Below are positions 52,909 to 62,256 of a DNA stretch of 64,000 nucleotides, piece after piece. How positions within the stretch are numbered: the stretch's first letter is position 1; every line of letters starts with the position of its first letter. The stretch is from positions 4,992,001 to 5,056,000 of the forward strand of contig OZ223236.1 in assembly GCA_965140445.1 (NCBI GenBank). The letters are read 5' to 3'. Position numbers and translations under genes: made by a program. Source of the DNA: Candidatus Ozemobacteraceae bacterium (GTDB lineage Bacteria; Muiribacteriota; Ozemobacteria; Ozemobacterales; Ozemobacteraceae). Below the pieces are notes generated by a model that was not told where the DNA came from, ran no database searches, and saw only the letters and a list, made by a program, of their open reading frames with translations.

Positions 52909-55899
52909 CTATTTTTTAAGCTGATCAGATTCTTCGCTAAGTACATAAACCTCTTTGCCATCTTCTTTTACAACCGCATAGTAAACAGGCTTTTTATTTG
53001 AATCCCAGGCGAACTTAAACTTTCCATCTTTCTTAATAACAAGCTCGTTCAAAACAATGCCAGCTCCTTGTTTTGCTTTTAATCCTGGATTTACAACGCA
53101 AGTATAGTTTGAAGTCTTCTTAAATTCTGCATAGTTCAAAAAGAAAGCATATTCATATGGTTTATCTGAAGCCTTTAACTCTTCTTCAACTTCATATACG
53201 CCTTTTCCGTTATCCTTAGCTTCTAGCCACTTAAATCTTTCTCCAGGTAATCTATAAAGCACTTCAACGCTTTGGATTTTGGTGGCAGACAGATTAAAAG
53301 TATAATCCTTGCCTTTATCATTGTGGAATGCTCTGACACAAAGATTTCTTCCAGGAATTGTATAAATTAACCTGAACTTTCCTAATGGAAGATCTTCAAG
53401 AGAAAATTTTCCAGTTTTATCAATTTTAATTTCTTTAAAGAGCTTTGAACCATGTTTTTCATCTTTAAACAATCTCAATTCAGCATTCTTTAAAACATCA
53501 ACTTTTCCTGAAAGCTTTGAAAGAGGATACAAAACAATATTCCAGGTTCTAACAAAGCCCTGATCTCTTTGTTCAAACAAGAAAGGCTTATAAATCGAAT
53601 TATATTTATCAGCAGAAGCCTCTACATAAAGACTGAGCTTTGGCAAGGCACTGAAACTGTATTTCCCGGTTTCATCTGTTTTGACTTCCTGAAGTGTCTT
53701 CCAGGAATCGTTTTCTCCAAAGAAGCCACCAACATTAACAGTTACATTTTTTGCTGGCTTTTTTGTATCGCCAAAAATCACACGACCAGAAATCTTACAA
53801 CCTGCCGCCAATTGAAAGTGCTTAACAAGGGTCTTTTTCTCGTTAATGGTGACACGAGCAGAAACATCTTTAAGGCCTTGAGCTTTTACTTTAATAACCT
53901 GAGGACCAAAAGCAACTCTTTCCACCACACAAGGGGTTTTTCCTACAGGCACATTGTTTAAATAAACAGTAGCACCACTTGGGTCTGAAGTCACTTTTAA
54001 GCGACCAATTTCATCATGGTTAACTGGAGCGATTTCTTTAGAAACTTTAGATTTCAACTCAAACAGCTTATGGAAAATTCTGGTCTGAATATCAGATTGA
54101 TCGTTTCCGAGATGAGCCAACTTAAAACGCATTTTGTCGGAAACAGCAACAAGAACATGCGCAAATTGATCAACTGCTGATGGGTTAGCTTTAAGATTTT
54201 CCTGAATGAAATCTAAAGCTATTTCAACCTGCTCATAGTTTTTATTTTCTACAAGATCAATAAAGAACTTTCTTACCTCTTGTCTTTTCCTGGCAAGAGT
54301 TGCATTAAGGTAATTATAATCACGGCCAAGTTTAGCAAAAATCTTCTTGTTACTTCTTGTTTTCTTGAGAGTGTTAGCTAATGATTTTACACCAGCATCA
54401 AGATCTATTAACTCTTGAATAAGGCCATTAACAATAGACTTTTTGCTCGCCAATGAAAGCGTAACAATCCCATTGTTTGAAGTTTTTCCAACGGAATAAA
54501 CACCGGCTGGAGAAGCAAAAGCAATCTTCTTGCTAACAGGAATACAGTTCTTTGCAGAAGCAGTAACCAACAAGGTATTGTCATCAAAATATCGAATGGC
54601 TACCTTTGCAGCGTTAACACTTTTCCCAGAAGCTACAACTTTAACATTTACTTTATTGGAGCGAATTTCGCTTGCTGAAAGATTTAATTTAACAGGCTCA
54701 GAAGTCCATACAGGCATTTCTGGACAACCAAGCAGGTTCATTCCATAGACTAACCATCTAAAACAGCTATCTTCACTTTTAGCTTCAGGAATGTATTTAG
54801 CTCTCGCCCTGGCAGCCGCCTGGCCGATGCTATTTGAAACATTCTTAGGATCATTGAAGAGAAGATGAAGGAAATCTCTAACCATCAAAATAGAATAGAA
54901 ATATCCTTCATTTCTTGGTTGATACCAACCTTCACGACTACAGGCCCAATAAGCTACAGCGCCGCTTTTTGGGTTATTCATAATGTGCTCTGACAAACTG
55001 TCTTTGTCAAAATAGTTTGTCAAACATGAAATAGAAGTATAAATGAATGGAAATGCATTCTTTAAAGAATCAGCATGTTCATTAGTAAATTGTTTTCTAA
55101 AACCGAAAAGTTGCTGATTACCATGCGCACCAACATAAACAATATGTGGATTAAAAGTATCCAGGCCAGTTTTAAACTTTTCAGCATCAGAACCACGAAG
55201 GTGATAAAATTTCTTCAGTTTGAAACCCTTTAAAGATTCTTTAGCAAGGATTTCAGCACCACGTTCAGCAAAAGTGAATTCATCTAATTCTGCACCACAC
55301 AAAACAGATTTTTTGACCCAATTCTTAGGTGGTCTTTTTTCGTAGTTCAAAACCTTTTCAACAAAATTTGAAGCTTCTTCAGCTGTATCGACAGATGCGC
55401 GGCCAATAAAAACTTCAGGAGTTAAATCAACATTGTCATTAAACTCGCCATAAATACGATTTCCATTTCCGTTCCAGTTACCGTCTAATGCAGCATAATA
55501 AAGGTCTGAAGGAATATCGGTATTCTTAATACCTGATCTCGCATATCTTACGGGAATAATTTCGCCTTGTTGGCCTTCAGTATCTCCGCCAAGCAGAACC
55601 CATCTGGTTCCCCAGTTTTTATAAGCAAATTTTACAAATTCACGAATTCGTCCAGGCCCATCGCCTCGAAAATTCTTTTTTATAAAATCAGTTGTTACAA
55701 CTTTGGCTCTTATCCCTTTATCGGTTTTCCAGTCTGCTAATTTTTGAAAAACACCTGCGAATTCTGGGATTGTAATTACAACATACTCATAATTCTCGCC
55801 GGTGATCTGAGTCGCATTCCTGGCAAAAACGGGTAAAAAGGAGCTTACTATAAAAATAGTAAGAAGTAAGAAAAGGAGTTTGCCTGAGCATTTATTCAC
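52909..55899 (-). CDS. Secreted C25 (gingipain-like) cysteine peptidase with coiled coil, PEGA and beta-sandwich tail
   Basis: YEYVVIT...LADWKTDKG, WVLLGGD, PSDLYYA.LDG, PEVFIGR, catalytic AHG and ISCLT, NLLGCP; PEGA (VTSDPSGATVYLN..VGKTP); TDETGKYSF. GTG at 55899 with GGAGG RBS. Confidence 0.9.
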   Translation of the reverse strand: MNKCSGKLLFLLLTIFIVSSFLPVFARNATQITGENYEYVVITIPEFAGVFQKLADWKTDKGIRAKVVTTDFIKKNFRGDGPGRIREFVKFAYKNWGTRWVLLGGDTEGQQGEIIPVRYARSGIKNTDIPSDLYYAALDGNWNGNGNRIYGEFNDNVDLTPEVFIGRASVDTAEEASNFVEKVLNYEKRPPKNWVKKSVLCGAELDEFTFAERGAEILAKESLKGFKLKKFYHLRGSDAEKFKTGLDTFNPHIVYVGAHGNQQLFGFRKQFTNEHADSLKNAFPFIYTSISCLTNYFDKDSLSEHIMNNPKSGAVAYWACSREGWYQPRNEGYFYSILMVRDFLHLLFNDPKNVSNSIGQAAARARAKYIPEAKSEDSCFRWLVYGMNLLGCPEMPVWTSEPVKLNLSASEIRSNKVNVKVVASGKSVNAAKVAIRYFDDNTLLVTASAKNCIPVSKKIAFASPAGVYSVGKTSNNGIVTLSLASKKSIVNGLIQELIDLDAGVKSLANTLKKTRSNKKIFAKLGRDYNYLNATLARKRQEVRKFFIDLVENKNYEQVEIALDFIQENLKANPSAVDQFAHVLVAVSDKMRFKLAHLGNDQSDIQTRIFHKLFELKSKVSKEIAPVNHDEIGRLKVTSDPSGATVYLNNVPVGKTPCVVERVAFGPQVIKVKAQGLKDVSARVTINEKKTLVKHFQLAAGCKISGRVIFGDTKKPAKNVTVNVGGFFGENDSWKTLQEVKTDETGKYSFSALPKLSLYVEASADKYNSIYKPFLFEQRDQGFVRTWNIVLYPLSKLSGKVDVLKNAELRLFKDEKHGSKLFKEIKIDKTGKFSLEDLPLGKFRLIYTIPGRNLCVRAFHNDKGKDYTFNLSATKIQSVEVLYRLPGERFKWLEAKDNGKGVYEVEEELKASDKPYEYAFFLNYAEFKKTSNYTCVVNPGLKAKQGAGIVLNELVIKKDGKFKFAWDSNKKPVYYAVVKEDGKEVYVLSEESDQLKK

Positions 55900-56020
55900 T
55901 TTTTTCCTCCGAAATTTTGTGGTGTACAAAATGATTATAATGATTTCCGGCAAATTTGGTAGAGTTGAACATAAATTTATGTGATAATTAGCCCTATATT
56001 TTTTTGGAGGAAAAACCAAG

Positions 56021-56755
56021 ATGTTTCAGGAAGCCGCACAAGCGATACAATCAGCCAATAGAGTATGCGTATTCACCGGAGCAGGAATATCTGTTGAAAG
56101 CGGCATTCCGCCATTTAGGGGGAAAAATGGTCTATGGAATAAGTATGATCCAACCTTCATTGAAATTAATTATTTTTTGAGCAATCCTGAAGAATCCTGG
56201 AAGTTAATAAAAAAAATATTTTATGATTTCTTTGGTGCTGCTTCTCCAAATTCGGCTCATTATGCTATTGCAGAACTTGAAGAGTCAGGCCTGGTTTCTT
56301 CAATTATTACCCAAAACATTGATAATCTTCACCAGCAAGCTGGAAGCCGAAGGATCTATGAATTTCACGGCACCGCAAGCAATATGGTTTGTCTTGATTG
56401 CCAGAGCAAGTTTCCAGCCTCACAAATTGATTTAACCAAGCTTCCCCCTGAATGCCCCGAATGTACAAAAGGCACAATAAAGCCTGATTTCATTTTTTTT
56501 GGAGAAGGAATTCCTGAACCTGCCAGTTCTTTATCTTTTAAGGAAGCTGAACTTTCAGATTTGTTTATTGTTATTGGCACAACAGGTGAAGTCATGCCAG
56601 CATGCATGATACCTTCTATGGCTAAACAAAACGGCGCAACAATTATTGAAATTAATCCTACCCCATCAAATTTTACTCACAAAATCACTGACATTTTCCT
56701 TCAAGGCCCAGCAACCCAAATGATGGAAGGCATTTTATCCGAATTAAAAAAATAA
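56021..56755 (+). CDS. cobB: Sir2-family NAD-dependent protein deacylase
   Basis: FTGAGISVESGIPPFRG, TQNIDNLHQQAG, FHG, CxxC...CxxC, KPDFIFFGE, IGTTG, EINP. Confidence 0.95.
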   Translation: MFQEAAQAIQSANRVCVFTGAGISVESGIPPFRGKNGLWNKYDPTFIEINYFLSNPEESWKLIKKIFYDFFGAASPNSAHYAIAELEESGLVSSIITQNIDNLHQQAGSRRIYEFHGTASNMVCLDCQSKFPASQIDLTKLPPECPECTKGTIKPDFIFFGEGIPEPASSLSFKEAELSDLFIVIGTTGEVMPACMIPSMAKQNGATIIEINPTPSNFTHKITDIFLQGPATQMMEGILSELKK

Positions 56756-56812
56756 TTTTAATTATGGAATAAATTCAATTCTTCGGGATTATAGTTTTTG
56801 GAAGAAGAAAAA

Positions 56813-57331
56813 ATGAACCAATTAAACAAAAACAATAAATTCGAAGAACTCCTTAACAATTTCCAGGGATTGGTTTACTCCATAGTCTATGGAATAACCC
56901 TAAATCCGTCTGATAGCTGGGATATCACGCAGGAGGTATTCATAAAAGCTTTCGGCGAAAAAAGAATTTATGAAGAATCGTTTAACTCAAAAGCATGGTT
57001 AGCAACTGTTGCCAGAAATGATGCGCTTAAATACAAAAGAAGCCTGAAACGAAAGTTGAACTATTTTTTACGGTTCTGCGGTCTCGATTCTATTGACCAT
57101 GCAACCGAGATTGAAGAACAATTTTTGCGGGAACAGAACTGCAAACTACTAAAGAAATTAATGATAAAACTTTCTGAAGATGAAAGAGAAATCATTGCTC
57201 TTAGATTTTCAGCTGACCTTTCATATAAAGAAATTGCTGAAATCCTGGAAATAAAAATAGGAACAGTTATGTCTCGTCTCTCAAGAATAAAAAACAAACT
57301 TGGAAGCCAATTTATGGAGGATTCCATATGA
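56813..57331 (+). CDS. ECF RNA polymerase sigma factor
   Basis: DITQEVFIKA, KAWLATVARN, LSYKEIAEILEIKIGTVMSRLSR. Start 56813 (ATG) or 56798 (TTG). Confidence 0.93.
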   Translation: MNQLNKNNKFEELLNNFQGLVYSIVYGITLNPSDSWDITQEVFIKAFGEKRIYEESFNSKAWLATVARNDALKYKRSLKRKLNYFLRFCGLDSIDHATEIEEQFLREQNCKLLKKLMIKLSEDEREIIALRFSADLSYKEIAEILEIKIGTVMSRLSRIKNKLGSQFMEDSI

Positions 57332-57738
57332 ATAGCGCAAAAATAAAAAATGCTTTCAAGCAGATTGATCGCACTTCTGGCAGCAGTAAGAATCTTCGCC
57401 AGAGAATTCTCAGCAAAACAGTACATCAAAAAATGGACTTTTTCTGGCTGATTAAAACCTTCTCAATAGTAATGGCATTTGCCCTAATTACTTTGTTTGT
57501 TTTACCGGATTTGCAGGTTTCACCAGCAGAAATTAAAGTTACTAGTGAAGATATAGTGGGGCAATCAATCTCCCACCTTCAAAGTCTTTCTGAAATAAAT
57601 TCCGTTATTTTACTAATTCTGACTGGAACAGTCAGAATTTTCTTGAAACTTTCCTTCCTGGCCTTCATTCTGACTGCAGCAGCAATGCCTGGCCAACATC
57701 AAAATTCCCAAACAGGAGAAATAATATGTCCAGACTAA
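57328..57738 (+). CDS. Putative membrane anti-sigma factor
   Basis: ATGA overlap with the ECF gene; short cytoplasmic N-terminus (LRQRILS) followed by hydrophobic helices. Call rests on position and topology. Confidence 0.55.
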   Translation: MNSAKIKNAFKQIDRTSGSSKNLRQRILSKTVHQKMDFFWLIKTFSIVMAFALITLFVLPDLQVSPAEIKVTSEDIVGQSISHLQSLSEINSVILLILTGTVRIFLKLSFLAFILTAAAMPGQHQNSQTGEIICPD

Positions 57739-58967
57739 CGGAAAAATTCTTCTCTTTAAGCCCATTTAAACGTGTTCTAATAGTAATACTTGCATTGCTG
57801 CTTATTTCTACGTTAGCAACCAGCTATAGTTTCTACAATCTTGTCAAAGCCAACCAGGAATTCTTTAAGTCAGACTTAAAAATGAATAAAAAGTTTGATC
57901 TGACAGAAAAACTTAGAGAAGTTGGAAACCAGTATACAAGTGAAAAAGATCTGGATGCACTATCTCAATGGCATTCTTTAGCAAGCTTTTCCTCTACCCT
58001 TTTAAAAGTAAATTCCGACAAGTCTTCGAATGAGCAAACTTACTATATTGCCTCGCATTCTGAGAAAATTGAAAATGAAGTTCTAGGTGCCATTGAACAA
58101 TTTGATAATTTTGAGTGGAAAACACTAATTCTTTTTTCCTACTACCAGACAGACATAACCAATCTCAATTACCCAACCATTAACTTTAGAGAAGTCAGAA
58201 GAGTAAGTCGTTTTCTGAGCATCTATCAAGAGTATCTTCTCGAACAAAATAATAACTTCGATGTTTCCAGAATAACATCTGTTGCTCAGAAAATTACCAG
58301 AATTAGCGAAGTAATAACTCCATTCCTGATTGGAAAAATGGTTTCAGTTTCAATTGATAACTTTCAAGCAAACTCTCTAAACAAGCTTATTAATAATAGT
58401 AAATTGGACAGTTCTGACGCTAAAAAAATACTGCAAAATTTAACCGAAGGATACTCCTGCGCGACTAGTTTTTATCAAACCCTCGAAAATGAGTTCAGCT
58501 TTTTTAAAACAGCCAGAGGACGTGCTTATATTGCTGCTCCACTAGCTTTTTTTGTTCTAGATATAGCCTTTGGCAACCCTGAACTTGAATATCTTAAAAT
58601 TCTAAATGCTGTAAAAAACAACTCAAGCGAGAGTGAAATTTCAAAATTTCAGCAGGAAATTAAGCACCCCCTGATGATGATTTTCTTTCCAAACTTGAGA
58701 TTGGCAAAAGAAAAGTTTCTGGAAAATCAGGTTCTTAAAGCCATTATCTGTAGCAGACTATCATTCTTAGCCAACTCTAATAAGGTTTTTAAAGACCCAT
58801 ACTCTAACTTACCTTTGAAAATGATGCTTGTAGATGGAAAAACAAGCTTTTATAGCGTAGGACCAGACCTGAAAGATGATAAGGCTGAAGGTGATGACAT
58901 TTCCTTTAGAAGTTTCAAAGAAGGGTTAATTGCTAGAGAAAAGAACAGAAAAAGCAAAAAAAAGTAA
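57726..58967 (+). CDS. Membrane-anchored hypothetical protein with GspG-like C-terminal motif
   Basis: N-terminal TM; C-terminal DPYS...FYSVGPDLKDD..GDDI. Confidence 0.65.
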   Translation: MSRLTEKFFSLSPFKRVLIVILALLLISTLATSYSFYNLVKANQEFFKSDLKMNKKFDLTEKLREVGNQYTSEKDLDALSQWHSLASFSSTLLKVNSDKSSNEQTYYIASHSEKIENEVLGAIEQFDNFEWKTLILFSYYQTDITNLNYPTINFREVRRVSRFLSIYQEYLLEQNNNFDVSRITSVAQKITRISEVITPFLIGKMVSVSIDNFQANSLNKLINNSKLDSSDAKKILQNLTEGYSCATSFYQTLENEFSFFKTARGRAYIAAPLAFFVLDIAFGNPELEYLKILNAVKNNSSESEISKFQQEIKHPLMMIFFPNLRLAKEKFLENQVLKAIICSRLSFLANSNKVFKDPYSNLPLKMMLVDGKTSFYSVGPDLKDDKAEGDDISFRSFKEGLIAREKNRKSKKK

Positions 58968-58977
58968 CTAAAATGGA

Positions 58978-59007
58978 ACCGGACGAACTCTAACGAGTTC
59001 GCCCGGT
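58978..59007. terminator. Hairpin / probable terminator between convergent genes
   Basis: ACCGGACGAACTC-TAAC-GAGTTCGCCCGGT; the single mismatch becomes a G-U pair on the minus strand. U-tail is weak. Confidence 0.55.
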
Positions 59008-59059
59008 GTCTTCAATATTCCTTACCTCGACTCTGGCCATAAGAATATTAGAACGAATT

Positions 59060-59452
59060 TTAATTAAGGTCAAGATCTCCGTACACTTTAAAAATATTTC
59101 CGTCTCTTGCAACCTGCAATTCTTTTCCAGGGAATTCTTTTGGAAGTTCAGTCTGAAGCATTCCTACCACATGGTCCTCCACTTCTTCCTGAAATTCTTT
59201 TGGAACTCTTGCCATAGTTGCAAGCTTTACCCGAAAAACATAACCTGGGCCTAGTTTTGAACCTATTCCAACCGAAAATGAAACCCCAAGATCAAACAAT
59301 CCATCTGCATCCGGAGTAACGCCTTTCTTGTGCGAAGGACGATTTGGACGCAGTGGAAACCTGTCGCCATATTTTTCTTCAAGCTGATGATCTATGCGAT
59401 CAAAAATTTCCTGAAGCTTATCTTCCCATTTTTCTAAAAGTGGATTTTTCAA
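59060..59452 (-). CDS. Hypothetical cytoplasmic protein
   Basis: 130 aa, TTG start with GGGGAG RBS, normal globular composition (LEEKYG..FPL.PNRP...DGLF). Confidence 0.7.
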   Translation of the reverse strand: MKNPLLEKWEDKLQEIFDRIDHQLEEKYGDRFPLRPNRPSHKKGVTPDADGLFDLGVSFSVGIGSKLGPGYVFRVKLATMARVPKEFQEEVEDHVVGMLQTELPKEFPGKELQVARDGNIFKVYGDLDLN

Positions 59453-59561
59453 TTTAACGTTCTCCCCAATCTGCTGTAAATATGCTGTTTTAAAAGAATT
59501 AATTGAACGATATAAGAATCTATCATATTATGCCTGAAATTTCTAAATTCTTCGAGGCAAA

Positions 59562-60122
59562 ATGAATTTTTCAGACTACTTTTTAACTTTCAGCATCGCT
59601 TTCGCCCTTGGATGCGATGCCTTAGCTGTTGGAATGGCGATCGGGACTAAAGATCCCTGCCGAAGAGCTTGCTTTAGATTATGGTTCCATTTTGGACTAT
59701 TTCAATTCTTAATGCCCATTATAGGATGGAACCTTGGAAAATCAATTGTTGAATACATAAAAGACTATGACCACTGGATCGCATTCGGATTAATGTTTTT
59801 TATTGCAAGCAAAATGATGAAAGAAAGCCTCGAAAATGAAGAAAAAAGCGATGAAAAAGAAAAAAGTGATCCAACCCGAGGTTGGTCTCTTGTTGGCCTG
59901 TCCATTGCCACAAGTGTAGATGCACTTGGCGTTGGCTTTGGAATGGGAATAGCCAGAATGGAGTTAATAAAACCCGCTATAATTATTGGAATTACAGCGG
60001 GAATTATGACTTACACTGGCATTATTCTTGGGAAAAAGCTTTCGGCAAGATTTGGTAAGAGAATTGAAACTCTCGGGGCCATAGTCCTTTACATTATTGC
60101 CTTTAAACTTTTATCAATATAA
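59562..60122 (+). CDS. mntP: Manganese efflux pump MntP family protein
   Basis: ALGCDALAVG, FGLFQFLMPIIGW, DHWIAF, IATSVDALGVG, E.LG. Confidence 0.92.
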   Translation: MNFSDYFLTFSIAFALGCDALAVGMAIGTKDPCRRACFRLWFHFGLFQFLMPIIGWNLGKSIVEYIKDYDHWIAFGLMFFIASKMMKESLENEEKSDEKEKSDPTRGWSLVGLSIATSVDALGVGFGMGIARMELIKPAIIIGITAGIMTYTGIILGKKLSARFGKRIETLGAIVLYIIAFKLLSI

Positions 60123-60126
60123 TTTT

Positions 60127-61293
60127 TTAATATATTAACAAATAAAGGTAATGAGCTGAAACCCCGGCAACAATACCACCGACCGTATGTGAGATTAAAG
60201 CTTTAGAGGTCAGCTGGCGATATTTTAATGCATCCAGCATTGCAGTATGAGTGCTCAAATAACCGCTCCAACACATTCCCATGGCGGTAAAAACAGCGAT
60301 TTCATTACCTCCTGCAATACCCCTAGCAATAAATGCCTTTACCAAAGATAAAGCAGCTCCAACAGCTCCGAGACTCGTAATGGGAAAAGCTATCAACTCC
60401 GGTGAATTAAACCCAAAAAGAAGTTTAAAAAATCCACTAAACTGTCCAGCTAGCGCAGGTAAAAGAGGAACTCCCTCATATGCCAGTCCTTGATAGCCAA
60501 TTGTTGGATCTGATTTGCCAAAGGTCATAATCATAACCATCGAACTGATAATGATTACCCCGGGAATTATAGCTAGACCCAGATCTACCCCTTGTTTGCC
60601 ACCATCCAGAATTGAATTTAAAAATCTTAAAAAGACGTTCCCGCTGGATTTAAAGGAGATATTTTCAACTCCTTCAGTTTCCTCTTCAGAGACAGCCCTT
60701 CCAGCGTTCTTTTCAAAGTATGGTTTAACCAGCTTTTGCATTAGTCTTGTTGACACCATGGCACCAATAATAGCACCAGCAAAGCCTATTGCAGCAGCTC
60801 CGGGAAATCCCTTCCCAACCATAAAGGTCATAACAATCAAACCCATGCCAAAAGCGGTTCCAAAGTTTGTCAAAGAAATTAACTCGTGCTTTTTAAAATA
60901 CCGACTGAAATTTTTATCGTGAGCAAGGCTTATTATTGCAGGGTTGTCAGAGAAAAACGTCATCAAAGCCCCCAATGAAGCAACCCCTGGCAAACCAAAA
61001 ATTGGTCTCATAAATGGAGCCAGAATCACCTCAAGAAGCCTTACCACGCCGAACTCAATCATCAGACGTCCAAAAGCCCCCGCAAGTACTGTTATTCCCA
61101 TGATGTAAAAAACAGTATTCATCAATAAATCATGAGCGGTTTTCATGATTGTATTGAGCATATTAGTAGGGCCCATGTGGTAGCTGAGATACCCAAAAAA
61201 TGAAAAGAATACAAAAATGAAAATTACGGCTTCAAATCTTCGGCCGGACAACCCCTCAGAACCATGAGCAGATTCGCTACTTGACGCATTCAT
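60127..61293 (-). CDS. Polytopic membrane protein with gate-type repeats (CD0519/CD1768-like putative transporter)
   Basis: TAHDLLMNTVFYIMG, PFMRPIFGLPG, FSDNPAII, TNFGTAFGMG, MCWSGYLSTH. Confidence 0.75.
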   Translation of the reverse strand: MNASSSESAHGSEGLSGRRFEAVIFIFVFFSFFGYLSYHMGPTNMLNTIMKTAHDLLMNTVFYIMGITVLAGAFGRLMIEFGVVRLLEVILAPFMRPIFGLPGVASLGALMTFFSDNPAIISLAHDKNFSRYFKKHELISLTNFGTAFGMGLIVMTFMVGKGFPGAAAIGFAGAIIGAMVSTRLMQKLVKPYFEKNAGRAVSEEETEGVENISFKSSGNVFLRFLNSILDGGKQGVDLGLAIIPGVIIISSMVMIMTFGKSDPTIGYQGLAYEGVPLLPALAGQFSGFFKLLFGFNSPELIAFPITSLGAVGAALSLVKAFIARGIAGGNEIAVFTAMGMCWSGYLSTHTAMLDALKYRQLTSKALISHTVGGIVAGVSAHYLYLLIY

Positions 61294-61351
61294 TCGTAAA
61301 TACCTTCCGTATATAAAAGTGTGTAAAATGCTAAAAAAATGAAATCAAATA

Positions 61352-62233
61352 CTAGTTTCCGTGCGGAAAATTAAAACTATCCAAAAATTGGAGGAATCTC
61401 CTTTCAAATTCTTTGGGATGCTTATTGTGCGCCTGCACATGCCTTGCTCCAGGAACAACCCATGTTTCAGCATCGGGCATTTTATTTTTTAATGCTTGAA
61501 AAGCTTCGTTGTTTGCCCGTCGGTCCAACTCATCATGAATTATAAACACCGGCCTGGAGCCAAAACCACCAGTTTTTTCGACAGGATTATTATTAGCGTA
61601 ATTGATTCCAGTGATCTTATAGATCAGGTAAAAGAAAATATCAGTTACAAAAGTATCTGGAATCTTTAAAGTACTCCAGGCGTCTCTGCCGGCAATTTTT
61701 CTTAGGCGCTCAAAGCTTGATTCAAGAATAAAAGCTTTTATTTCTTTTAGTTCAGCAGAGCCATTTATCAAAGTGGCAGCGCCCATTGACCGTCCATAAG
61801 CAACAATTGGAGTTGTATCGGATATTAGTTTTAGCTTTTTAGCCTCACCAATAACAGCCTTTAGATCTTTCCACTCATCTAGACCTACGGTACAGTATTT
61901 CCCGCCACTTTCGCCATGAGCGCGAAAGTCTGGCAGCAAAAGCGAGTAACCTCTTTGCCGCAGAAAGCCCACCAATCCATCCATCTGACCCAGGTTGACT
62001 CCATGGCCATGACAAAGAATGACAAGACCAGCCCCAGGCTTTCCTTCATAAAAAGCAGCCTTTATATTTATTCCATCAGAAGTAATAGCAGCAAACTCTT
62101 TAAAACCTTTATCTGAAAGAACAAATTTGGGAGCCAATTCCGGCCTGACAATCATTAAATAAATCACATAGGAAACAAATAATGAAAAGACCAGAACTGA
62201 AGCTCCAGCCACGAGGACGATCTTTTTAATCAC
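61352..62233 (-). CDS. Membrane-anchored alpha/beta hydrolase
   Basis: N-terminal TM, CHG, DFRAHGESGG, nucleophile GRSMG, IHDELD, ARH. Confidence 0.9.
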   Translation of the reverse strand: MIKKIVLVAGASVLVFSLFVSYVIYLMIVRPELAPKFVLSDKGFKEFAAITSDGINIKAAFYEGKPGAGLVILCHGHGVNLGQMDGLVGFLRQRGYSLLLPDFRAHGESGGKYCTVGLDEWKDLKAVIGEAKKLKLISDTTPIVAYGRSMGAATLINGSAELKEIKAFILESSFERLRKIAGRDAWSTLKIPDTFVTDIFFYLIYKITGINYANNNPVEKTGGFGSRPVFIIHDELDRRANNEAFQALKNKMPDAETWVVPGARHVQAHNKHPKEFERRFLQFLDSFNFPHGN

Positions 62234-62256
62234 TACTTGTTCCCTCCGATGTAAAA

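Noticed and set aside
55900..56019. ORF-track N-terminal extensions (C25 from 56019, TAXI from 30735, permease from 14474, adaptor from 22992)
   Set aside because: Downstream starts have clear RBS sequences and place the signal peptide or first motif at the N-terminus.
56021..56755. Sir2 as a Thoeris/DSR defence NADase
   Set aside because: It is a 244-aa canonical CobB with the four-Cys zinc site and no extra domains or defence partners.
56756..56812. ECF autoregulatory promoter (GGAAT at 56766-56770)
   Set aside because: No convincing -10 element at the expected spacing, so too weak to call without an ortholog alignment.
59453..59561. yybP-ykoY manganese riboswitch upstream of mntP
   Set aside because: The 109-bp AT-rich spacer must also hold divergent promoters, and I see no riboswitch stems or conserved motif. 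An Rfam scan would settle it.
829..62116. Numerous 60-160 aa ORFs antisense to or nested in larger genes (e.g. 1591-2010, 3210-3689, 21517-21969, 60515-60922)
   Set aside because: They lie almost entirely within well-supported genes, lack motifs and read as reverse-frame shadows.
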